DNA from: Chlamydiia bacterium
GTDB lineage: Bacteria; Chlamydiota; Chlamydiia; Chlamydiales; JBMOFD01
NCBI GenBank assembly: GCA_049314435.1
Contig: JBMOFD010000065.1
Span: forward strand, 1-10,690
Length of the DNA stretch: 10,690 nucleotides
Reading direction: 5' to 3'
A program made the translations under genes and the position numbers. Position 1 is the first letter of the stretch. The number at the start of each line of letters is the position of its first letter. Below, one piece after another: positions 1 to 7,190 of the stretch. Under the pieces are notes generated by a model. It had not been told where the DNA came from. It did no database searches and was given only the letters and a program-made list of their open reading frames with translations.

Positions 1-2
1 TC

Positions 3-164
3 ATCGACCTGGTCGTCTCCAATATCCTGCTGGCCATGGGGATGATGATGCTCTCACCCCTGACCATCGCCCTGCCCTTGAAGCTCCTACTCCTTGTCCT
101 CGTGGACGGATGGACGCTCCTCCTCCAAGGCCTTGTTACGACCTACAAGCATCCAGGGGCGTAA
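3..164 (+). CDS. sctR: Type III secretion export apparatus subunit SctR (YscR/FliP family), 3' part only; not in the ORF track
   Basis: Frame 3 translates [53 protein letters not shown]. This carries the SctR/FliP C-terminal signature ([27 protein letters not shown]). Stop TAA is at 162-164, directly upstream of sctS. Confidence 0.96.
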   Translation: MDLVVSNILLAMGMMMLSPLTIALPLKLLLLVLVDGWTLLLQGLVTTYKHPGA

Positions 165-165
165 C

Positions 166-441
166 ATGGACTTTAGCACGCAGATCCTCCAGCTCTCGCA
201 GACGGCCCTCTACCTGATCATGCTGCTCTCCGCACCGCCGATCCTGATCTCCACCATCCTCGGGCTCATCGTGGCCATCTTTCAGGCTGCCACGCAGATC
301 CAGGAACAGAACCTCAGCTTCACCGTCAAGTTAGTTGCTGTGATCTTCTCCCTGCTCTTCATGGGGTCCTGGCTGGGGGGCGCGATCATGCAATACACGC
401 TCACCATCTTCACCCAGTTCCCTCGCTGGGGGTCCTCCTGA
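166..441 (+). CDS. sctS: Type III secretion export apparatus subunit SctS (YscS/FliQ family), 91 aa
   Basis: Contains LSAPP..GLIVAIFQAATQIQEQ.LSF..KL and is two-helix hydrophobic. The ATG at 166 lies 1 nt after the sctR stop. The ORF-track start at 94 is inside sctR and was rejected. Confidence 0.95.
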   Translation: MDFSTQILQLSQTALYLIMLLSAPPILISTILGLIVAIFQAATQIQEQNLSFTVKLVAVIFSLLFMGSWLGGAIMQYTLTIFTQFPRWGSS

Positions 442-1274
442 TGGACCTCCTGCTCCGCTTGGTTCAGGATTCCCCTATCACAGGACAGAATCTCCTTAGC
501 GTCATCGTCCTGGGCATGGCTCGTGTCTTCCCCCTCATGATCTACGCACCATTCTTGGGAGCCAACCTGCTTCCCAGCCAGGTCAAGGTGGGGTTCGCTC
601 TATGCCTTGTCGCCATCCTGCTTCCCAAACTACTGGGGACCATGACGACTCTGCCCACGTGGGACCTCATGCTCGTCATCATGATGGTCAAAGAGTTCTT
701 CATCGGGGCCATCATCGGCTTCCTTGCCTCACTCCCCTTCCAGGTCATGAGCACAAGCGGGATACTGATCGATAACCAGCGAGGCACCGGGTCGATGTCG
801 ATCCGCGATCCAACTCAGGGCATCCAGAGCAGCCCTATTGGGATTATCTACAACTACATGTTGATCGCTCTATTCCTAGGAGCCGGGGGAGCCACAGCCT
901 TCATTGATGCCTTCCAGTCCAGCTACGACCTCGTCCCACCCGACAGCTGGATCCACCCGTCGTTCTTCCATATGAACGACTTTTGGCAGTTCGTCACCTC
1001 CCTCTTCGGGAAGGTCGTCGCGCTCGCTCTACAGCTCGCAGCCCCCCCTTTCATAGCCATGTTGATGACCGACCTGTTCCTCGGGATCATCAACCGACTA
1101 GCCCCTCAGGTCCAAATTGCCTTCCTAGGGATGTCCCTCAAGAGCCTCGTGGCCAGTGTTGTGCTTTTCGTAGGCTGGATGCTCATCATGAAAACAGCCC
1201 TTCTCGAAACGCAGAACTGGATGGGTACAATCCCAGGCGCTATCAAAATGATGACAGCGCATACCGGGCACTAA
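441..1274 (+). CDS. sctT: Type III secretion export apparatus subunit SctT (YscT/FliR family), 277 aa
   Basis: Multi-pass membrane protein with AR....APFLG, KE..IG..IGF, G.LIDNQRG and DLFLGIINRLAPQVQI motifs. Overlaps the sctS stop (TGATG). R-S-T gene order. Confidence 0.95.
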   Translation: MDLLLRLVQDSPITGQNLLSVIVLGMARVFPLMIYAPFLGANLLPSQVKVGFALCLVAILLPKLLGTMTTLPTWDLMLVIMMVKEFFIGAIIGFLASLPFQVMSTSGILIDNQRGTGSMSIRDPTQGIQSSPIGIIYNYMLIALFLGAGGATAFIDAFQSSYDLVPPDSWIHPSFFHMNDFWQFVTSLFGKVVALALQLAAPPFIAMLMTDLFLGIINRLAPQVQIAFLGMSLKSLVASVVLFVGWMLIMKTALLETQNWMGTIPGAIKMMTAHTGH

Positions 1275-1279
1275 CGGCA

Positions 1280-1324
1280 GTGGGGGCCCTGCCCCCACAC
1301 CCCCGCTGGAGGACTCCGTCCTCC
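1280..1324. terminator. Two tandem GC-rich hairpins between convergent genes; probable transcript 3'-end structure
   Basis: gtggggg(1280-1286)/cccccac(1292-1298) and ggaggac(1308-1314)/gtcctcc(1318-1324) lie between the sctT stop (1274) and the lipoprotein stop (1344). There is no clear U-tract on either strand. Confidence 0.45.
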
Positions 1325-1343
1325 AAACCACCTAAATGAAATG

Positions 1344-1664
1344 TCAGAAATGCATGTTGATGGCCCGAGGAGGGGCGGCGACTATCTCAAGTCTCTTGTT
1401 GACCAAACGGCCGTCGCGGAATTGCAGAATGTACAGGCGCTCTTCGCGCTGTCCAGAACCTAGAGGGATCCGTTCACTATAGATCGCCTCGAATTGACCC
1501 AATGGCATCGGGTTGATCTCCCACGGCTTACCTACCCTTGCCTCGACTTCCCGTAAGGTCATCCCAGGAGTGAGCTCCTCGTAGGAGGGCCGCGTCATCA
1601 TCTGACCCACCACACACCCTAGGAGAAGGCATAGCGTTAAAACGACGCTTCGCTGGATACCCAC
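1344..1664 (-). CDS. Small lipoprotein, BamE/SmpA/OmlA-like domain (106 aa from GTG 1664)
   Basis: GTG at 1664 has GGGAG 7 nt upstream. The signal peptide ends in a lipobox-like LLGC, followed by the SmpA/OmlA-type pattern L.PGMT..EV...VGKP and a C-terminal L.F.DG.LV strand. Overlaps the upstream gene's 3' end. Confidence 0.7.
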   Translation of the reverse strand: MGIQRSVVLTLCLLLGCVVGQMMTRPSYEELTPGMTLREVEARVGKPWEINPMPLGQFEAIYSERIPLGSGQREERLYILQFRDGRLVNKRLEIVAAPPRAINMHF

Positions 1665-2068
1665 CGCAGAACTCCCGTGATCTTCGTTTGTAGGCCACCT
1701 GGATTGCAAAATTCCGCAATGTGGTCGTAGGAGCCGTCATCTCTCCGTTGGAAGAGCTCATAGCCCAAAAACTCCTCGCCCTTGAATTCCCATCCCACCC
1801 GGCCCTCTCCTATGAGAAGAAAGCCCTCAGCAGCCCCCAGATGAGGACTCTCCATCTGAATCACAGCTCGCTGATCTTGGTGTGTAATCCGATAGGCATT
1901 CATCACAGGCTCCTCAACATCTTGCAGATACACACGATGCACCCACCAGCGACCGTTGCCCTCCCACGTCGACTTGAAGGGAAGAGTTTGCTGGCCAAGG
2001 GGGAGAAGAATCGTCCCTTCACCTTCCCAGCGCCCTGGTTGGGTTAAAAATATCAGCCCATCTTCCAT
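1637..2068 (-). CDS. Hypothetical protein, 143 aa, probably all-beta (G.W.G.G start typical of beta-barrel/lipocalin-like folds)
   Basis: Open frame from ATG 2068 with beta-strand-like alternation (PGRWEGEG, VGWEF, GYELF). Mostly synonymous divergence from its partial copy at 4769-4901 shows this frame has been under selection. From memory it resembles a hypothetical family in environmental chlamydiae; this is unverified. Confidence 0.85.
   Translation of the reverse strand: MEDGLIFLTQPGRWEGEGTILLPLGQQTLPFKSTWEGNGRWWVHRVYLQDVEEPVMNAYRITHQDQRAVIQMESPHLGAAEGFLLIGEGRVGWEFKGEEFLGYELFQRRDDGSYDHIAEFCNPGGLQTKITGVLRWVSSEASF
1918..2050. repeat. Direct repeat, copy 1 (133 bp; pairs with 4769-4901)
   Basis: Ungapped manual alignment at offset 2851 gives 122/133 identical bases, including a 50-bp identical block at 1929-1978. 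Confidence 0.97.
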
Positions 2069-2348
2069 GTCACCGCCCAGTCGCCAATGCTGTCGAGCGA
2101 AAATCAATACTCCCACCAGCTAGCCGGCTACGATTAATATTTTACTCCCCAGCGCATCCTTAAAAAACTCAACTCCCTAAGGATGCACTGTGAAAGAGCA
2201 CCATTCTTTCACGGCCACTAAAACTCAGCTAGCCATTTTGTGACCTACCTATCTCATAGAGGAGCTCCCACCCGACATACCAGCCTAAGCTTCCGGATTC
2301 GGTCCGGGTTAGGCGGGTTTTCCTCTATGGCCTAGGGCTGCTGAATAG

Positions 2349-3086
2349 TCACCCGGCTGGCCATACTCCACCAAAGTCACGGAATGTTGATTCCGATATC
2401 GGGCTGGCGTCACGGCCACTCAAATGACTAGGCGACCCAAAATGATAGAAATGCGCCCAGCTCTTGCGATCCTCCTTATACCGAGCGATGCCACCCATGA
2501 ATGTGCCTCCTCGCTTCTTACATTCAACGGCTACCAACCCGTCAAGACTCGTGTAGCAGTCCACAGCCATCTCCACGATGACCTCATTGCCAAGTGCAAG
2601 GACTCTATCCAGAATCTCATGAAATACGTCCGTTTCAACTCGTCCCGTCTTTGGGCATGAAGCAATGAGATGAACTGACAGAAGCGCAAGGACCACATCA
2701 AAGTGCTCACGACGCCCCAGTTCAGCCAGCGACTCCGAAGTACACCAATGGGACAGATAAGTCACATTCTTAAGATGCGAATTCAGGCCACACATCTCAA
2801 ATAGACCATCTTTGGCATAGGGGTAAATGCCCTTTCCCGGCTCTCCCCCCTCAATCATCGTGACCACAGAATTGTAGTCCGTAGCAATGCGCCACGAGAA
2901 ATAGCCTTCAAGCGCACCAAGATCGAGAACGGAAAATTTCCTCTGGTAACGATCTAGTATGGGCCGTATCAACTGATATCTCTGGTCGCAGATCTGGGTT
3001 CCTGATTTAACAACCTCACCGTTAACAAAAATATCCTGATAAGCAGCCGTCCCTAGCTGACCCACGAACATGACGCACCCGCTCAT
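2349..3086 (-). CDS. Class I SAM-dependent methyltransferase, 245 aa
   Basis: Motif I VLDLGALEGYFS, acidic end of strand 2 (VTMIE) and motif II HFDVVLAL. The start codon is uncertain. Confidence 0.85.
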   Translation of the reverse strand: MSGCVMFVGQLGTAAYQDIFVNGEVVKSGTQICDQRYQLIRPILDRYQRKFSVLDLGALEGYFSWRIATDYNSVVTMIEGGEPGKGIYPYAKDGLFEMCGLNSHLKNVTYLSHWCTSESLAELGRREHFDVVLALLSVHLIASCPKTGRVETDVFHEILDRVLALGNEVIVEMAVDCYTSLDGLVAVECKKRGGTFMGGIARYKEDRKSWAHFYHFGSPSHLSGRDASPISESTFRDFGGVWPAG

Positions 3087-3161
3087 AAAGTGGAGGTAGG
3101 ACCTACGCTGCCGTCACTTTTCGGCTAACAGCGAGGGCCGACAAACTGCGGCAGCGTGGTC

Positions 3162-4559
3162 GTAAGAAGAGACTAGGTGGGGAGCGGGAGACCCTGAGCT
3201 CGCCGGGAGATGATCTCCCCTAGGCGTCCGATTTGACCCAGACCGAGGATCCGATCCTTGAGGTACTCGGCGAAGCCTATGAGATGCTTGCGACAGGTGA
3301 GGAGAAGCGACAGGAAGGTGTCCCAGGCACGACGTCCTTTCTCACAATGAGTCCCCCCAGAGATCTTGCCCTTGATCTTAGCGCAACGACCCGCTGTTTC
3401 ACTCTGGTTGTTGTGGATCGGAACGGCCGGGCGCTCTAGTACTCGCAGGAGTTGCGTTTTCTTGGCACACGTCAATGCAAGTCGTTCAGCCAGGATTGAG
3501 AAGGCAGAAGGAGTCCTCGGATTAAAGAGGTCATCGAAGGCTTGTGACAGCCGGGCGCGTTCACTGTCGGTTGGGTTCAACTTGTAGGCCCTGAGGCCTC
3601 GATAGAGTTCCCACATCGCATCTTTGATGAGGTCAAGCTCATGTGCCATCTCCGGGCAAGAGGAAAGGAGCTTGCGATAGTGGCGCTCCTCGTGAACCCA
3701 GCAGAGCGACTGCACAAAGAGATCGAATTGTCCGGCATCATCGCTATGAATGCCCAGGTCTCTCGGGACCCCATGCGCAATTAGGCTGGCGACCAGGGCG
3801 GCTTCCGTCAGATGACGCCGGTCCGCCGAGGAAAGGTATCCATAGCCCTTTAGGAAAGCTTCCCAGTCGGCTAGCGATGCGAAAGCCAATGTTCCGCTCA
3901 CCCGAAGGCTTCCGACGAGATGGGCCTTTGCGCCACGCTCCTCGAGATAGCGGTAGGCATCCCCATTCAACAGATATTCGTCTTGCCCCTGAGCCAGAAT
4001 CTCGAGAAAATTGATCCGGGACTTGCTGTCTGTCGTGGTCAAGATGACGCAAAAGTCATTGCAGATGACGTTGGTGTAACAGTTCTGACCCATGTGTCGG
4101 GCCCCTACATCATCCGTCTGAATCTCTCCGGTCGCAATGGCAGCTGTCAGGACTTCCGCCTTTTCCTTATGAAATCCTCCATGGTCCGCCGTGACCAACT
4201 CGTGCAGCTGGCCTGCGGAGATCAGCACCCCCATATCAAGCAGTTGCTGCAGAAGAAGCCCTTCGGGCACGCGGCACTGATATGTTTGCTGCAACACATA
4301 AGCCCGTAGGGCTACGCCATAGTGCCCATGTATCCCAGCGGGCAGAGCTCCCTGGATATAGGTGCCGTTCGGGAGCTTCCATCGCTCCAGCTCATAACGC
4401 GTGTTGTGAGTATGGAAAACGATGTCCTGCACGTCAAAAGATCGAAACCCCTTGAAGACCGCTCCTTCGGGAATAGTGGCCGGAGGAACTCTCTCAGCGG
4501 TGTGAATCGTCAGCTTCTGCTTCTTCTTCTTGCGCGGATGCTTTCCACGACCTGGCTTG
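3162..4559 (-). mobile_element. IS66-family insertion sequence, partial (one end present, 5' part missing)
   Basis: The terminus GTAAGAAGAGACTAGG begins at 3162; IS66-family IRs start with GTAA. The transposase stop codon (3173-3175) lies inside this end. No matching opposite IR was seen in the window. Confidence 0.75.
3173..4559 (-). pseudogene. IS66-family DDE transposase, N-terminally truncated (frame otherwise open)
   Basis: Motifs GHYG..LR, TDDVGARH.G.N, HSDDAGQF, LCWVHEER, PIHNNQSE, KISGGT and SL..TCRK. The frame begins abruptly at the basic linker (KPGRGKHPRKKKK). The N-terminal coiled-coil and a credible start/RBS are absent. Confidence 0.85.
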
Positions 4560-4585
4560 TGTATCGCCACCCTAAAACTGAACAC
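4560..4585. mobile_element. Possible orphan IS3-family terminal inverted repeat
   Basis: TGTATCGCCACCCTAAAACTGAACAC has the TG...CCC.AAAA.TG.ACAC layout I recall from IS3-family ends. It sits exactly where the IS66 transposase breaks off. No partner IR or recognisable IS3 transposase was seen. Confidence 0.35.
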
Positions 4586-4768
4586 AAATTTGCGTTATCC
4601 AGCAGCGGCCTCTTGAGACCGCTTCATTCTTGCCGGTCAAGTCCTGAATCTTGTGTAAATTCGATCTGCTAGTGGCGCCATCACGCGGCCCTTGCAAGGG
4701 CCATGATGATTTCTTGAGCAGGGAGGTAATTTCTGCCGGCCCATTTCTCAGAGAGGTGCTTGCAAAGG

Positions 4769-4913
4769 CATCCTGCAGGTACACACGATGCACCCACCAG
4801 CGACCGTTGCCCTCCCACGTCGACTTGAACTGAAGCGTTTGTTGACCAACAGGGAGAAGGATCGTCCCTTCACCTTCCCAGCGTCCTGGTTGGGTTAAAA
4901 ACTCTAGCCTCAT
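4769..4913 (-). pseudogene. Truncated 5' duplicate of the 1637-2068 gene (direct repeat copy 2 = 4769-4901)
   Basis: MRLEFLTQPGRWEGEGTILLPVGQQTLQFKSTWEGNGRWWVHRVYLQD matches the intact gene at 42 of 44 residues from F to D. It then runs into unrelated sequence. Confidence 0.9.
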
Positions 4914-5198
4914 CGCTCGCCTTGCAGAAAAAACAAATGGCCAACCTCATGGGCTTGACCTACCACTCACCAATGGTAACAAAGAATACGCTCCCAGGGC
5001 CGCTGACCGACATGACCCGCATGTAGACCGAGCCCGCACAACCTCATAGCAACAGTCATGGTCACACCAACAGCACCATCAGACAATGTGCCGATTGGGG
5101 CCATTCTCACATCCGCCCAGCGTCACGCTAAAAGCTGTATTTCCAATGCCCACCCACCTGGTAAGCTGCACATCCACGCCTTTTCCCACTTAGAGGCC

Positions 5199-5204
5199 AA
5201 GGAG
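5199..5204 (+). promoter_or_regulatory. Shine-Dalgarno sequence of the glycosyltransferase gene
   Basis: AAGGAG 10 nt upstream of ATG 5215. Confidence 0.6.
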
Positions 5205-5214
5205 ATATTAGAAT

Positions 5215-6303
5215 ATGCACATCAGAAACATCGCCGTTGCTCTCACCCTTACAGCTGTTTGCCAGTCATTGCCTGCCGACGACAACACAGCCTTGGCCCG
5301 ATTCGACCATCCTGCCCGCACCCGAATCTGGCAGGCATCATTTCAACAGGGTTTTGGTCTTTTTTCGATGGCGGACGATGCCGCAATAGAACGTTTTCTT
5401 GCTCTTTCGGCAAAAAGGTGCAATCAGTTCTACAGCTACTGCCCGCGTGATCATAGAGACAGTTATAGGTACAAAAATTTCATTCAGACCAGAATTACAC
5501 CTGGCTCCTACAACATCCCGGGTGTAGATCGAGTCATCATGATTAATCTTGATCGAAGACCTGAGAAGCTAAAGGAGAGTCTTGCAGCTCTGAGCCCGTA
5601 TAGCATCGTCCCCGATAGGCTCAGCGCGGTCGACGGCAAGCTCTTAGGGCCCGAGGTGGTGTCTCAAATGGGAGTACAATTCCATCCAGATATGCTCTGC
5701 TTCATGGCTACACGCTACTTCGATGCCTCAGCGGGAAAGCAGGCTGGGAAGTGTGTGCATGAGATCATTCATCCGTGCAAGCAGACCTGGTTGGTCCACT
5801 GCACTAGCCGCATGCAATTTGGTTGTTACCTAAGCCATCTTAGTGCTATCTGGGATGCCTATTGGAGCGGGGCCCAGCGTCTTTGGATGCTAGAGGATGA
5901 TATTCAGGTCGTCACTGATCCACACCAGATTTGCACCTATATAGACAAACTTGAATCGATCGTTGGGAACGAAGGATGGGATGCTCTATTCACTGACATG
6001 GATCATAAAACCAGTAAAGGTGAAGTCGTATCATGCTCTGGCTATACGATGAGACCAGATCTGTTCGTAGAAAATGATGTATTTCACCGCAAGGACATAA
6101 GCGAGGACTTCATCCAGTATGGCAGCAGGTATGGCACCCACTCCTATATCATCAGCCGAGCTGGGATGGAGAAAATCATCGCTTTTTCTGACGTCTTCGG
6201 CATGTTTGCCCCCATTGACTTCGACATGTGCGTGGTCCCCGGCATACGCCTTTTTGCCATGAAAAATCCGATGATCGAAACGACGTCGATGGTCCATGAC
6301 TAG
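5215..6303 (+). CDS. Glycosyltransferase family 25 protein with a signal-peptide-like N-terminus, 362 aa
   Basis: GT25 motifs IMINLDRRPEK, RLSAVDGK, GCYLSH, MLEDD, GTHSYIISRAG and PID. The N-terminus is MHIRNIAVALTLTAVCQSLPA-DD, followed by about 80 further residues before the GT domain. Confidence 0.9.
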   Translation: MHIRNIAVALTLTAVCQSLPADDNTALARFDHPARTRIWQASFQQGFGLFSMADDAAIERFLALSAKRCNQFYSYCPRDHRDSYRYKNFIQTRITPGSYNIPGVDRVIMINLDRRPEKLKESLAALSPYSIVPDRLSAVDGKLLGPEVVSQMGVQFHPDMLCFMATRYFDASAGKQAGKCVHEIIHPCKQTWLVHCTSRMQFGCYLSHLSAIWDAYWSGAQRLWMLEDDIQVVTDPHQICTYIDKLESIVGNEGWDALFTDMDHKTSKGEVVSCSGYTMRPDLFVENDVFHRKDISEDFIQYGSRYGTHSYIISRAGMEKIIAFSDVFGMFAPIDFDMCVVPGIRLFAMKNPMIETTSMVHD

Positions 6304-6417
6304 CGCCGGTATTGCCCTTTTTGGCCCAATGACCTTGCCAAGGACAAAGATCCTGTGCCACGCCAAAAGAAAGCTTAAATACCCCACATCGATCTGGGGC
6401 AAAATACCGAGCGACCA

Positions 6418-6444
6418 GGGAGGCGAAGGCCTCCCATGTTTTTT
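6418..6444 (+). terminator. Rho-independent terminator downstream of the GT25 gene
   Basis: Stem gggaggc/gcctccc with a gaag loop, followed by atgtttttt. Confidence 0.7.
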
Positions 6445-6509
6445 AACCATGTAAGGAGCGAGACTTCCTTCCGTCACTGAAGCGTGAGGTTCCCGTCTCG
6501 TCAGTTTCT

Positions 6510-7112
6510 ATGAGCTATCTCAACACCTTCAAGGCCGGCGGTCCAATGTTCACTGCTGCGCTTCTCCTTTTGCTAAGCAGTAGCCGAAGTCAGCTCACGG
6601 CCCAGGAAATCAAGTTTAAGCCGACCCCATGGTACGTTCCCAAGGCGGTGGCCTTTTTGGACAATTTCTTGATAGAGCATCCGGATTCACAAGTTCTCGA
6701 ATTCGGAGCCGGAGGGTCCACAATCTGGCTAGCATCCAGGGCCGGGCACGTACTTTCTATTGAGCATAACAAAAAGTGGTGGTCAGGGATTCTAGAGAGA
6801 TTAACATTTCTAGGTCTGCGTGACAAAGTGGATCTACGCTTGATGGCCCCTCCATACTATACAGTCTGCGCCGATATGCCGGATAACTTTTTTGACGTCA
6901 TTATTGTTGACGGACGAAACAGAAAGGGCTGCATCTCTCATTCGATTGATTTGCTCAAGCCAGGTGGAGTGCTGATTCTTGATAACTCCGATCGAGTTTA
7001 TTATCACGCTGTATTTGGACTCATGGAGGGCTGGCAGACCGATTACGGCCTATCTGGAAAATGGGAAACACGCTGGTGGTTCAAACCTCAGGTTGAAGAT
7101 AGAGGGGCCTAG
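6510..7112 (+). CDS. Class I SAM-dependent methyltransferase (O-methyltransferase-like), 200 aa; alternative start 6546
   Basis: Motifs VLEFGAGGST, LSIEH, FDVIIVDGR.R and LLKPGGVLILDN. Hydrophobic N-terminal segment FTAALLLLLSSSRSQLTA-QE. Confidence 0.9.
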   Translation: MSYLNTFKAGGPMFTAALLLLLSSSRSQLTAQEIKFKPTPWYVPKAVAFLDNFLIEHPDSQVLEFGAGGSTIWLASRAGHVLSIEHNKKWWSGILERLTFLGLRDKVDLRLMAPPYYTVCADMPDNFFDVIIVDGRNRKGCISHSIDLLKPGGVLILDNSDRVYYHAVFGLMEGWQTDYGLSGKWETRWWFKPQVEDRGA

Positions 7113-7150
7113 GTCAATTGATTGGCCACTGATCCCACAGGGAAGACGTC

Positions 7151-7190
7151 GCCGGATACTGGTCGCGGATTTGCGCGACCAGTATCCGGC
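7151..7190. repeat. Perfect 17-bp inverted repeat (REP-like hairpin)
   Basis: gccggatactggtcgcg (7151-7167) - gatttg - cgcgaccagtatccggc (7174-7190). Confidence 0.95.

Noticed and set aside
94..165. N-terminal extension of sctS in the ORF track
   Set aside because: It overlaps sctR in another frame. ATG 166 gives a normal-length SctS.
1..1274. Flagellar fliP-fliQ-fliR assignment
   Set aside because: The motifs fit the non-flagellar chlamydial-type SctRST better, and no flhB follows. Only a phylogeny could formally exclude it.
2255..2329. SRP (4.5S) RNA
   Set aside because: The rod shape is suggestive, but the conserved CAGG-stem-GNRA-stem-AGCAG helix-8 pattern is absent on both strands.
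2283..3128. Integron cassette with attC sites (GTTAGCC upstream and GCCTAAC downstream of the methyltransferase on the minus strand)
   Set aside because: The GCCTAAC..CTTAGGC stem is only about 32 bp, too short for attC, and lacks a GTTRRRY partner. The other hairpins lack R boxes, and there is no integrase in the window.
4572..4913. 113-aa ORF as a functional fusion protein
   Set aside because: After residue ~48 it reads through unrelated scar DNA with no recognisable protein features.
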